Below, piece after piece: positions 8,668-16,846 of a DNA stretch of 32,000 bases (its first letter is position 1; each line of letters opens with the position of its first letter). A program made the position numbers and the translations under genes. The notes below the pieces were generated by a model. The model was not told the origin of the DNA, ran no database searches, and was given only the letters and a program-made list of their open reading frames with translations. The stretch lies in assembly GCA_020634245.1 (NCBI GenBank), contig JACKCC010000009.1, forward strand, positions 346,100 through 378,099, read 5' to 3'. The DNA is from Ardenticatenaceae bacterium (lineage in GTDB: Bacteria > Chloroflexota > Anaerolineae > Promineifilales > Promineifilaceae).

Positions 8668-9921
8668 TTATTGCCATTGGGGAACAATGTCAATAAAAAA
8701 GGCATTATCAATTAACAGTTCAAAGGCGCCGATTTCAGCAAGAGGATAACGCCAAATCTGCGCATCATTGGGATTATACAAACTGCCATTACCTAAAATA
8801 ATAGCATCACCGCCGCCAGCGTCAGGCGACCAAGGCGACCATGCTAAATATCGCATTGGGGTTTCTAGCTCAAACAAAATCACAGGGTCATCTGCTGGTT
8901 CAAGTTTTAGTAGGTTGAAATAATCGGTATCTTCTGGTGAAGCAAGTGTGAGGGATGCTACATTTGTAAAGGTCGGATGGAATGCAATTGGGATACGTTG
9001 CAAGAGTTGTGAGCATACATTCCCTAAATATTGAGCCACACTATCGCCGCCTTCCCTTATATTAAAACTTTCTACCGACACGACAGCGTTCCCTTCCATC
9101 CAACATATATTGGGAGGATCGCTTGCAATGCCGGTGTGAGTAGAAGACACAGTGGTTAATTCACCGCTGGCGATGCTTAAAATCCTGATTTCACCCTCGT
9201 AAAGACCATCAGCATTCACTGCATTAGTAAAACAACAGGAAAAAGCAATTTGCCGACCATCTGGTGACCAAACCAATGTTTGAACTGCATCTGAGTACAA
9301 CTGGCGATTTATATTTTCGCCCAGATGGTAAATATACAGTCCGGCATTAGAGCTATATGCAAGACGGACAGAATCAGGCGACCAAACAAACTGTTGAGTA
9401 TGCCCCTCTATATCTAGTGTGCGATTTGGCTCTTGTTTGGTTACATCAATAAGCACGAGATTTTGACCATTCTGAGTTAAGGCGATCCAGCGTCCATCAG
9501 GCGAAACAAAAGGACGAGGAGGATAGCTTCCCGCCCACCAAGGATCGCCAGATACACCAAGTTCAACCCACTGCGCTAACAAATCATTTTCGGTCAATGG
9601 TGATTGGGATTCTCCGTTCAAATCGGCCCGCCATAAATCATTATCACGCATAAATAAAATGGGCATAGATGGTGTTGGTAAGGATGTTGGTGAAGAGGTG
9701 GGTTCGGATGTTTGAAGTGCTGTAGGGGTGGATGTTGGCGTGGTTATGACGGTTTCTGTCTGTATGGGAGTTATAGAAGGTAATGGAACGGCCGTTTCCG
9801 TCACCGCAACTGTATTCATAACCATTACAACTGGCGTTGGGTCATGCGTTGGTGTTACATTCGCACAAGCCGCTAACCACAACATAATTGGGAACAAGAG
9901 AAGATACGCATTTCTAATCAT
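8668..9921 (-). CDS. Beta-propeller (TolB/WD40-like repeat) lipoprotein
   Basis: 417 aa. Signal peptide with lipobox L-A-A-C, a P/T/S-rich linker, and repeated SPDGRWIA / SPDSVRLAY / SPDGRQIAF motifs typical of TolB-like propeller blades. Confidence 0.7.
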   Translation of the reverse strand: MIRNAYLLLFPIMLWLAACANVTPTHDPTPVVMVMNTVAVTETAVPLPSITPIQTETVITTPTSTPTALQTSEPTSSPTSLPTPSMPILFMRDNDLWRADLNGESQSPLTENDLLAQWVELGVSGDPWWAGSYPPRPFVSPDGRWIALTQNGQNLVLIDVTKQEPNRTLDIEGHTQQFVWSPDSVRLAYSSNAGLYIYHLGENINRQLYSDAVQTLVWSPDGRQIAFSCCFTNAVNADGLYEGEIRILSIASGELTTVSSTHTGIASDPPNICWMEGNAVVSVESFNIREGGDSVAQYLGNVCSQLLQRIPIAFHPTFTNVASLTLASPEDTDYFNLLKLEPADDPVILFELETPMRYLAWSPWSPDAGGGDAIILGNGSLYNPNDAQIWRYPLAEIGAFELLIDNAFFIDIVPQWQ

Positions 9922-10061
9922 GCGGAAATTGTAACCGTTCTTTGTGCGGCTGCCTCAATTTTCACACTACGCATTAGCAACGGGTGGGCGATTTTTTCTC
10001 TTGTTGGAAATTAGGGTAACGGCCGTTGCCAGTTCAATTTTATGGGAATTGTAGCGCGTTT
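9785..10061. repeat. 277-bp direct repeat, copy 2
   Basis: See 8090-8366. Covers the start of the 8668..9921 gene and its upstream region. Confidence 0.9.
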
Positions 10062-10093
10062 CCTCGCCGCTGGTTTGCGGTGACAGTATGTTT

Positions 10094-10501
10094 TTACTGC
10101 ACTTCAAATTCCAGCGTGCGATCCAGTTCACCGTTCAGGTACAGATCAACCTTGTACTTCCCGGCCGGCCAGAGTTGGTCGTTGGTTAAATTGAAGGTGA
10201 AAATATTGTTGTTCCCGGCCGTCATTTCCGTCTCGTCGATGAGCAAATTGGGTTCTTCGCCGGCAGCGGAAACGGCCGTCCACGATGCTTTCAATGTCGT
10301 ATCTTCCGGGGCATTGGCCAATTCAACGATGCAATAAAATATTTGGTCTGAGGCAAACACAGTCGTTTCCTGGGTTCCTTCGCTGTCAGTGGTCAGGATG
10401 GCGCTTTTGATGTTGGCCGTGCTGAAGCTGCCGCCGCAGGCCAGCGCGGGCAGTATCAATAATCCGATAAAAACCAAAACGTATAATTTATTCGTTTTCA
10501 T
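10094..10501 (-). CDS. Small secreted lipoprotein, unknown function
   Basis: ATG at 10501 preceded by AAGGAG. MKTNKLYVLVFIGLLILPALAC has a lipobox. The ORF-track start at 10540 is probably too far upstream. Confidence 0.55.
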   Translation of the reverse strand: MKTNKLYVLVFIGLLILPALACGGSFSTANIKSAILTTDSEGTQETTVFASDQIFYCIVELANAPEDTTLKASWTAVSAAGEEPNLLIDETEMTAGNNNIFTFNLTNDQLWPAGKYKVDLYLNGELDRTLEFEVQ

Positions 10502-10529
10502 TTTTGTCTCCTTGTCGGTACCCCAAAGA

Positions 10530-10604
10530 GGGATTATCAACAGTTTACAGCAGAATCCCGGTTTTAGATCCGGTTGTTATTTTCATGGGGGTGTACGGCC
10601 GTTT
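10530..10604. repeat. Copy B of the shared ~70-bp upstream element (partner at 5545-5609)
   Basis: Lies 30-100 nt upstream of the 10094..10501 lipoprotein gene on the gene's 5' side. Ends in GTGTACGGCCGTT like copy A. Confidence 0.6.
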
Positions 10605-10658
10605 GGTACCGCGATGTGGTTTGATGATTCCCGTGCATCCCGCCCTTGCTGTGGGGGG

Positions 10659-11492
10659 TTAACCGATGTGCTTTCGTAAAAACGACTGGATGTGTTGATT
10701 GGTAACGGCCGTATTATCCTGATTGGCATTGTGTCCGGCGTCAGGGATGATGTGAAATTCAGCCGCCTTTTCCATCTCGGCCCAAAGAGGCATATCGCGC
10801 TTAATCGTGCCCGTTTGGTCATGTTGGCCATGAACCAGCAGCAGAGGCACGTCAAACCGCCAGTCGGGATCGCCCTTTTCATCAATAGCCAGCGTCACCG
10901 CCTGCCAAATCGTTAAAAAATCCTTGTGGCTGATCTGGCGTGATGCTTCCAGAGCATAGGCTTGCACGGCTGGGGTAACGGCCGTATTCCGGGCCACCAC
11001 CTTCGTCAAATGACCGTAAGGCCATAATTTGAACAGTGGCATCGTCGCCTTCAGCGTCCAGATTTCCAGGCGGCTGTATGCTTTGGCCAGCGGGGTGGAA
11101 CCGATGATCATCAGGGCACGCACCCGCTGCGGGGCCAGCCGGTAGATGTGCTGGGCGATGTAACCGCCCAGTGATTGGCCACACAATACCGCCTGCTCCA
11201 CCCCTATTTCATCGAGGATAGCCAGCATATCGGCGGCGCACAGTTCCAATGAAAAACCGGAACCGATGGGACGGGAACGGCCGTGTCCCCGCGCATCCCA
11301 GGTCAACACCCGGTAATCGGCGGCAAAAGCTTCCACCTGGGCAGTAAACATGCGGTGGTCCATCGTGGCCCCGTGCATGAAAACCAGCAGCGGCCGTTCA
11401 GCCGGGCCGCCCAGCCAGTAATGGATGTCGCAGCCCTCACGCCGCAGGATGTGTTCTGTCAGCAGCGCCGGTGTTTCATCAAAATGGGTCAT
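10659..11492 (-). CDS. alpha/beta-fold hydrolase
   Basis: 277 aa. HGATMDHRMF oxyanion region and nucleophile elbow G-Q-S-L-G-G. GGAG lies upstream of the ATG at 11492. Confidence 0.75.
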   Translation of the reverse strand: MTHFDETPALLTEHILRREGCDIHYWLGGPAERPLLVFMHGATMDHRMFTAQVEAFAADYRVLTWDARGHGRSRPIGSGFSLELCAADMLAILDEIGVEQAVLCGQSLGGYIAQHIYRLAPQRVRALMIIGSTPLAKAYSRLEIWTLKATMPLFKLWPYGHLTKVVARNTAVTPAVQAYALEASRQISHKDFLTIWQAVTLAIDEKGDPDWRFDVPLLLVHGQHDQTGTIKRDMPLWAEMEKAAEFHIIPDAGHNANQDNTAVTNQHIQSFLRKHIG

Positions 11493-11610
11493 CTTATTCT
11501 CCCCAATACCCTCTTCAGTTTACGGGTATTGCGCTGCACCAGGGTTCGCATACGGCCGTTGCACCACAACCCAAAGCGCCAACGTCCACAGCTCACGGGC
11601 CATTACCATT

Positions 11611-11970
11611 CTACTCGTAAGGCAGCCCGGCATAGCGCCACCCCAACATACCGCCAGACAGGTTGTATATATCGCTAAAACCATGAACAGCCAGGTGCTC
11701 ACAGGCTGTGTGGCTGCGATTGCCGGAACGGCAAATGCATACAATCGGTTTGTCTTTGGGCAATTCATCCAATCGGGCCGCCAACATAGAGAGGGGAATG
11801 AGCTGGGAACCGGTGATACGGCCGTCATACTCATACTCGCCGGGTGTACGCACGTCAACCAGAACCAAATCATCATTATTTTGCATCATCTCAGCCAGTT
11901 GGTGAGCGTTAACGTGTTTGACAGGACTGAACTTTTGCAGCCCCTTTCGGCCAAATAAGGATTGGAACAT
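11611..11970 (-). CDS. Single-domain rhodanese (sulfurtransferase-like), cytoplasmic
   Basis: Active-site loop C-R-S-G-N-R-S. ATG at 11970 is preceded by AGGAGA. The track start at 11973 is a TTG one codon upstream. Confidence 0.8.
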   Translation of the reverse strand: MFQSLFGRKGLQKFSPVKHVNAHQLAEMMQNNDDLVLVDVRTPGEYEYDGRITGSQLIPLSMLAARLDELPKDKPIVCICRSGNRSHTACEHLAVHGFSDIYNLSGGMLGWRYAGLPYE

Positions 11971-12122
11971 CAATCATTTCTCCTATAAAAATGAGGCGCA
12001 AGCAGCTTACTCGCTCTTTGCGGTCGGTCAGACCCAGCTCCACATTCATTTGTAGTGGTATTTGCAGCGCATGACATTGCGGTTTTTATGAATTATTTCT
12101 TATTAATTATAAGCCAAGGCTG

Positions 12123-12162
12123 ATAAAAAACGAGGGTGTAACGATGACCGGTTACACCCTCG
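12123..12162 (-). terminator. Rho-independent terminator after the thioredoxin reductase gene
   Basis: 12-bp stem CGAGGGTGTAAC (12131-12142) / GTTACACCCTCG (12151-12162). On the minus strand it is followed by a T run (A run at 12125-12130 on +). Confidence 0.7.
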
Positions 12163-12194
12163 CGTCCCCAGAGATGTGGGAGGTAAAAAACTCG

Positions 12195-13250
12195 CTAATT
12201 CCAGTCAATCTGGACTTGCTTGCGATTATGAACGAATTTATCAACGGCTACCGCAGCGATGACGCCATCGGCGGCGGCAATAACAGCCTGTTTAATGTGT
12301 GAACACAGCAAATCACCGACGGCAAAGACACCGGGAACGGCCGTTTGCATTTCCGCATCCACTACCAGACAGCCCTCCGCCGACGTTTTCAACTGACCCA
12401 TCAAATAATCAGTAATCGGCTGACCGCCTTGCAAGTAAACAAACGCGCCATCAACCGGCAATACACTCTCTTCCCCGCCGCGCGGATGAACACGCACGCC
12501 GGTAACCTGACCCGCACCTTCAATGCGTTTGAGACGCGTGCCCAACATCAAAGTCACTTTTTCATGATGGGTAATTTCGGCTGCCAGCGATTCCTGCGCC
12601 TTTAGCGCCGGCGTAGGCACAACCAGATACACCTGGCTGGCAAACTTCGTCAAAAACAGCGCTTCCTCAATCGCTTCGTCGTTGTTACCAATCACCGCCA
12701 CCGGCTTGTCACGGAAAAAAGCGCCGTCACAAGTAGCGCAGTAACTGACGCCGCGTCCCAACAACTCTACTTCGCCGGGAACACTGCTGGTGCGTCCCAT
12801 CGAACCGGTGGCCAGGATGATGGCTTTAGCCTGGAAGCTGTTCGTGCCAGCCATCACCATTTTAGGATCTGACGCAATATCCAGCCCTACAACCTTGTCG
12901 GTCAAAAATTCAGCGCCAAACGATTTGGCCTGCTGGCGCATGATTTCCACCAACTCCACGCCGCTTACCGGGCCGGGCACGCCGGGATAATTACTGATTT
13001 TGCTGGTAATGCCCAGCGCACCGGCCGTCATCCCTTTGTCGATGACCAGCGTACGCAAATCGGCGCGCGCCGTATAAATGGCCGCCGATGCCCCAGCCGG
13101 ACCGCCGCCAATAATAATCACGTCGTACACGTTCGGGCCGCCGCCTAAATTGGCCAGTCCCAAACCCAAATTCATATCGAGATTCATAGTTTCAACAGTC
13201 ATAAAGTCATGCGTCGATAACAGCGCTTGACACATGACTTTATGCCGCAT
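12195..13250 (-). CDS. trxB: Thioredoxin-disulfide reductase (low-Mr TrxR type); true start probably internal, around 13202 or later
   Basis: FAD motif DVIIIGGGPAG, redox-active C-A-T-C-D-G, second dinucleotide fold VAVIGNNDEA, FAVGD near the C-terminus. About 20-25 N-terminal residues of the track ORF look non-native. Confidence 0.85.
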   Translation of the reverse strand: MRHKVMCQALLSTHDFMTVETMNLDMNLGLGLANLGGGPNVYDVIIIGGGPAGASAAIYTARADLRTLVIDKGMTAGALGITSKISNYPGVPGPVSGVELVEIMRQQAKSFGAEFLTDKVVGLDIASDPKMVMAGTNSFQAKAIILATGSMGRTSSVPGEVELLGRGVSYCATCDGAFFRDKPVAVIGNNDEAIEEALFLTKFASQVYLVVPTPALKAQESLAAEITHHEKVTLMLGTRLKRIEGAGQVTGVRVHPRGGEESVLPVDGAFVYLQGGQPITDYLMGQLKTSAEGCLVVDAEMQTAVPGVFAVGDLLCSHIKQAVIAAADGVIAAVAVDKFVHNRKQVQIDWN

Positions 13251-13256
13251 GAGATA

Positions 13257-13913
13257 TTACGCGGCTACGGCTTGCTTCAACTTGGCCAGGAGCATCGGTT
13301 CCGGCGCGGCCCCTTCCATGTGGATGTTTTCATTGATGACCGTGCGCGGTACGCCCTGTACCGAATATTTATTGGAGAGATGCGGGAACTCGATGGCCTC
13401 AACCATGTCGGCCGTGATCATATCGCTTTCCATCGCCAACTGGTGGCCCATCAATACGGCCCGCGGGCAGTAGGGGCAGGTGGGGGTAACAAAGACTTGC
13501 ATATGGACCGGGCTTTCCAACGCGGCTGCCCAGGCTTTCATTTCTGCACCCAGCCCTGTTTCGCCGGAGCCAACCATCATAATATCTTCAATGATGGAAC
13601 TGAATTCGTAGCCAGAGGGAATGCCAAAGAAGCGAATGCCGTAATCTTTGGGTTTGTCGCCGCCTAACATGATGATGGTGGCCGGGATTTTATCGACGTT
13701 GTACTGCTCGGCGATTTCCTGGTGTTTGACAAAGTCGTATACTTCCAACGAAATCATATCGGAAAGTTCGGCCACTTCTTCGGCCAGTTGGCGGGTTTCT
13801 TTGCAGTATTGACATTCCATTTCCTGAGTAAAGACGACCAATTTGACCGGTTTGTCCAACTCCGCGAATTTTTCTTGTAAAATCTTACGATCGGATTCTT
13901 GTAATAAAGCCAT
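13257..13913 (-). CDS. Protein disulfide oxidoreductase (PDO/glutaredoxin-like, two thioredoxin folds)
   Basis: 218 aa from ATG 13913, with GGAG upstream. Two CxxC sites (C-Q-Y-C and C-P-Y-C) in tandem thioredoxin-like halves. Sits immediately upstream of trxB on the same strand. The track ORF to 14063 is over-extended. Confidence 0.75.
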   Translation of the reverse strand: MALLQESDRKILQEKFAELDKPVKLVVFTQEMECQYCKETRQLAEEVAELSDMISLEVYDFVKHQEIAEQYNVDKIPATIIMLGGDKPKDYGIRFFGIPSGYEFSSIIEDIMMVGSGETGLGAEMKAWAAALESPVHMQVFVTPTCPYCPRAVLMGHQLAMESDMITADMVEAIEFPHLSNKYSVQGVPRTVINENIHMEGAAPEPMLLAKLKQAVAA

Positions 13914-13991
13914 GATAATTCTCCATTTTTCATCTAGTTTCGTATGGTTAGATAGAAACGGCCGTAAAAGGTTACAAAACAATTTAAAAAT

Positions 13992-14016
13992 GTAACAACT
14001 CGGTGAGTAAATCGTC
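13992..14016 (+). promoter_or_regulatory. Candidate ECF-type promoter (GTAAC-N16-CGTC) upstream of the sigma/anti-sigma pair
   Basis: GTAAC at 13992-13996, a 16-nt spacer, then CGTC at 14013-14016, about 22 nt before the ATG at 14038. Matches the generic AAC / CGT pattern of autoregulated ECF promoters. Confidence 0.35.
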
Positions 14017-14037
14017 CAAAAGGAAAAAGAAAAATCG

Positions 14038-14610
14038 ATGCTTGATGACAGCCAACTGCTCACAGCCCTGCGCCAGTGTGACCCAACTGCCTTTGCTCAA
14101 CTCTTTGAGATGTATTCCGACAAGATTTACCGGCTGGCTATCGGGCTGCTGGAAGACGAAAATGAAGCCGAAGGCGTGGTTCAGGATACATTCATGCGCC
14201 TGCTGGAACGGCTGAATCAATTTGAAGGACGCTCGACGCTGGGCACCTGGCTGTATCGGGTAGCTTACAATTTGAGCATTGACCGGCTGCGGAAATGGCA
14301 GCCTACATTTGCTCTGGCCGACGATCATGATGATGAATCCTTACCAATGCCGGCCGTTCTTACCGATTGGCGCGAAGCGCCGGAAACCTGGCTGACCGCC
14401 AACGAATTAACGGCTGAACTGGATAAAGCCATCACCGGTTTGCCAACAAAATTAAAAGCTGTGTTTATCTTGCGGGAAATCGAAGGGCTAACAACGGAAG
14501 AATGCGCCCAGGTGCTGGCCATCTCAGAAAGCGCGGCCAAGGTGCGCCTGCATCGTGCCCGGCTGCTGCTGCGGGAACGGCTGGCCGAGTACGTAACTGA
14601 ATTATTATAG
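14038..14610 (+). CDS. ECF (group 4) RNA polymerase sigma factor
   Basis: Sigma-70 region 2 (IYRLAIGLLEDENEAEGVVQDTFMRLL) and region 4 HTH (LREIEGLTTEECAQVLAISESAAKVRLHRAR). Confidence 0.85.
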   Translation: MLDDSQLLTALRQCDPTAFAQLFEMYSDKIYRLAIGLLEDENEAEGVVQDTFMRLLERLNQFEGRSTLGTWLYRVAYNLSIDRLRKWQPTFALADDHDDESLPMPAVLTDWREAPETWLTANELTAELDKAITGLPTKLKAVFILREIEGLTTEECAQVLAISESAAKVRLHRARLLLRERLAEYVTELL

Positions 14611-14612
14611 GT

Positions 14613-14852
14613 ATGCCCATGAAATGTGAAGAATTAGTACAATATTTATCGGATTATATCGACCAAGACCTGGATGAAGAGCTGGTGGCGGAAGCCCAGG
14701 AGCATCTGGCAACCTGCCACAACTGTCGCGTGGTGCTGGATACCACTCAACAGACCATTTTCTTGTTCCGCGAGCAAGGCAAGCGAACAATCCCGGCCCA
14801 GCGGCGGCAGCATCTGTTTGATCAATTGCAAGACACTTTTTTAAAGGAATAA
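14613..14852 (+). CDS. Small soluble zinc-binding anti-sigma (ZAS) factor, RsrA-like
   Basis: 79 aa with no TM segment. H-x3-C-x2-C motif (H31-L-A-T-C35-H-N-C38) plus N-terminal C5. Starts 2 nt after the sigma gene stop. Confidence 0.7.
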   Translation: MPMKCEELVQYLSDYIDQDLDEELVAEAQEHLATCHNCRVVLDTTQQTIFLFREQGKRTIPAQRRQHLFDQLQDTFLKE

Positions 14853-14865
14853 TGACCATCGCCGC

Positions 14866-14920
14866 CTGAGCTTATCGCCGCTTGAGCTTGTCGAAGGCAG
14901 CCGGGCTTCGACAAGCTCAG
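14866..14920. repeat. REP-like palindromic intergenic element (GAGCTTGTCGAAG / CTTCGACAAGCTC)
   Basis: 13-bp perfect stem at 14884-14896 / 14906-14918, plus an extra half copy CTGAGCTTATCG at 14867-14878. Located just after the anti-sigma stop. Confidence 0.75.
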
Positions 14921-15139
14921 CCCTCGATATGCTCCGGCAATAGATTTTCTCCAAACGAATTTTGTAACCTTTATGGGCATTCCCCGTCTAAAGAGCAAAT
15001 CGGGTAACAGGCATGTGTTATGGATTCGACAAAGACAAAGTTTTTGAAGTTAGGAATGGTTTGTATTGTATGTGTGGCTGTCGTTTCCGGGCTGGCCTGG
15101 CTGATAAACTTTTTCATTTCTTGAGATTTCGGAGGAAAA

Positions 15140-15343
15140 ATGTCTTTTAAGAAAAATGTAGGATCAACGGATCAAATTGTACGTATTGTTTTGGCTGTGA
15201 TTTTGGCAGCATTGGCTCTAACCGGAACCGTCAGTGGCGTGTTGGCCATTATATTTTATATTCTGGCGGCCGTTTTTGTGGTGACAGCCCTGGTAGGTTT
15301 CTGCCCCCTTTACCTGCCGTTTAATCTTTCGACGAAAAAATAA
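15140..15343 (+). CDS. DUF2892 (YgaP C-terminal-like) two-TM membrane protein
   Basis: 67 aa. ...DQIVRIVLAVILAALALTG...GFCPLYLPF... matches the DUF2892 pattern as I remember it. GGAGG lies upstream. Confidence 0.6.
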   Translation: MSFKKNVGSTDQIVRIVLAVILAALALTGTVSGVLAIIFYILAAVFVVTALVGFCPLYLPFNLSTKK

Positions 15344-15439
15344 ACGGCCGTTCTTACCCCAATATTTGTTTTTCACAACAGGCTGGATTACGATCCGGCC
15401 TGTTCTGTTGTTAATTCATATTATACGAGGAGATGATTG

Positions 15440-15865
15440 ATGAAACTGAAATTTTTCTTGCTTATCACATTGATTACTTTGGCGTTAACGGCGTGCGGCG
15501 GCGGGGAAACGGCCGTAGCCGAACCCCCGGTTGATGTCGCTGTGGCTGAACTCAATTTAGGCCCAACCGTTGATGTGGCCACTGTTGCCGCCATCATGGA
15601 CCGTGAGGACGTCGTCCTCATCGACGTCCGCGAACAATCCGAGTACGACGAGGTACACATCCCCAACATCACTCTCATCCCGTTGGGAACCGTGCCTGAC
15701 AGTCTCGATAAAATCCCCACCGACAAAACAGTCATCGTCACCTGCCGCAGCGGTAACCGCAGCGGCCAGGCCACCGAATATCTGCGCCAGCAAGGCTTTG
15801 ACAATGTCCACAACATGGAAGGTGGTATTGTTGCCTGGCAGGCCGCCGGCTATCCTGTTGAATAA
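15440..15865 (+). CDS. Rhodanese-domain lipoprotein (exported sulfurtransferase-like)
   Basis: ATG at 15440 after GAGGAG. Signal peptide with lipobox L-A-L-T-A-C. Active-site loop C-R-S-G-N-R-S. Paralog of 11611..11970. Confidence 0.8.
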   Translation: MKLKFFLLITLITLALTACGGGETAVAEPPVDVAVAELNLGPTVDVATVAAIMDREDVVLIDVREQSEYDEVHIPNITLIPLGTVPDSLDKIPTDKTVIVTCRSGNRSGQATEYLRQQGFDNVHNMEGGIVAWQAAGYPVE

Positions 15866-15936
15866 GACTCAAAAGTAAAAAAGTAGCAGAGTGGCGAAGT
15901 AAAACCTTGCCACTCCGCCACTTTGCAACTTTGCCT

Positions 15937-16620
15937 ATGTCCCTTCGCCCCGACCTTGACCAACTGATCCAGCATCTGCAAGCCAATGAATTCTTTGCCC
16001 GGCTGGATGCGCCAACTCTGCACGATTTGGCCCAAGGCGCGCTGTGGCGAGAATATGCCCCTGGTGAGATCATCTTTTGGGAGGGGGAAAATGCGACCGG
16101 CCTCTACTATTTGCATTCAGGCTGGATAAAAGTAGTTAAAACCGCATTGAACGGCCGTGAACAAGTTTTGCGTTTTCTGGAACCGGGTGACATATTTAAT
16201 GAAGTCGGTGCGTTTTCCAGCCAACCTAATCCGGCAACGGCCGTTGCCCTGGAACCGGTCGGCATCTGGCTGCTAAAACGAGAAACCATCACCCAACTCC
16301 TCAACCAGCGCCCCGACTTTGCCCAGCACGTCATCGAGAACATGGCCGAACGCGTGCAGCACCTCGTCACCCTCGTCGCTGATTTATCCTTGCGGTCGGT
16401 TATGGGCCGGTTGGCCCGCCTGCTGCTGGAAGACGCCGATGGCGACACCCTGCATCGGCCCCAATGGTACACCCAAAGCGAACTCGCTGCCCGCCTGGGC
16501 ACTGTTCCCGACGTTATTCAACGCGCCCTGCGCACGCTTGAATCCGATAACATTATTGAAGTACAGCGTCATCTCATCCGCATACAAGATCGTTCCACGC
16601 TCAACCAAATCGCCACCTGA
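15937..16620 (+). CDS. Crp/Fnr-family transcriptional regulator
   Basis: cNMP-binding-like beta-roll (GEIIFWEGENATGLYYLHSGWIKV) and C-terminal HTH (TQSELAARLGTVPDVIQRALRTLE). ATG at 15937 is preferred over the TTG at 15907. Confidence 0.8.
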   Translation: MSLRPDLDQLIQHLQANEFFARLDAPTLHDLAQGALWREYAPGEIIFWEGENATGLYYLHSGWIKVVKTALNGREQVLRFLEPGDIFNEVGAFSSQPNPATAVALEPVGIWLLKRETITQLLNQRPDFAQHVIENMAERVQHLVTLVADLSLRSVMGRLARLLLEDADGDTLHRPQWYTQSELAARLGTVPDVIQRALRTLESDNIIEVQRHLIRIQDRSTLNQIAT

Positions 16621-16846
16621 CTGCTCATCAACGAAGCCTTAACTTGCCGAAGGCTGGCCAGCACCAGATTTCAACAGCAGTACGACAAGTTCACCACCCG
16701 CTCAATGAGCCGCTTCTAGCCACATAACTTCTTCATACATTTTCGCTATAATGTGCTGTCGGAAACATAACCTCAATGAATTATTTCATTCCAACTCAGC
16801 ACCCGTATCTGAGGAACCGATCATACGTCTTTAGTAATAGGGAAAT

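Noticed and set aside
5862-10061. Diversity-generating retroelement or invertible phase-variation switch for the lipoprotein paralogs
   Set aside because: The window contains no reverse transcriptase, no template/variable repeat pair with adenine-specific differences, and no recombinase. The 277-bp copies are direct repeats, not inverted.
13966-13976. Mirror TGTAAC on the minus strand as an ECF promoter for the PDO-trxB operon
   Set aside because: The expected CGTC-like -10 is not present at 16-17 nt spacing; the sequence there is ATCTAA. Only the + strand candidate is reported, and at low confidence.
10026-16502. Other overlapping track ORFs (10026..10337 +, 10583..11184 -, 11283..11958 +, 12345..12605 +, 13227..13667 +, 13984..14328 -, 15421..16116 -, 16107..16502 -)
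   Set aside because: Each overlaps, on the opposite strand or in another frame, a gene with clear catalytic or domain motifs. None has motifs or a ribosome-binding site of its own.
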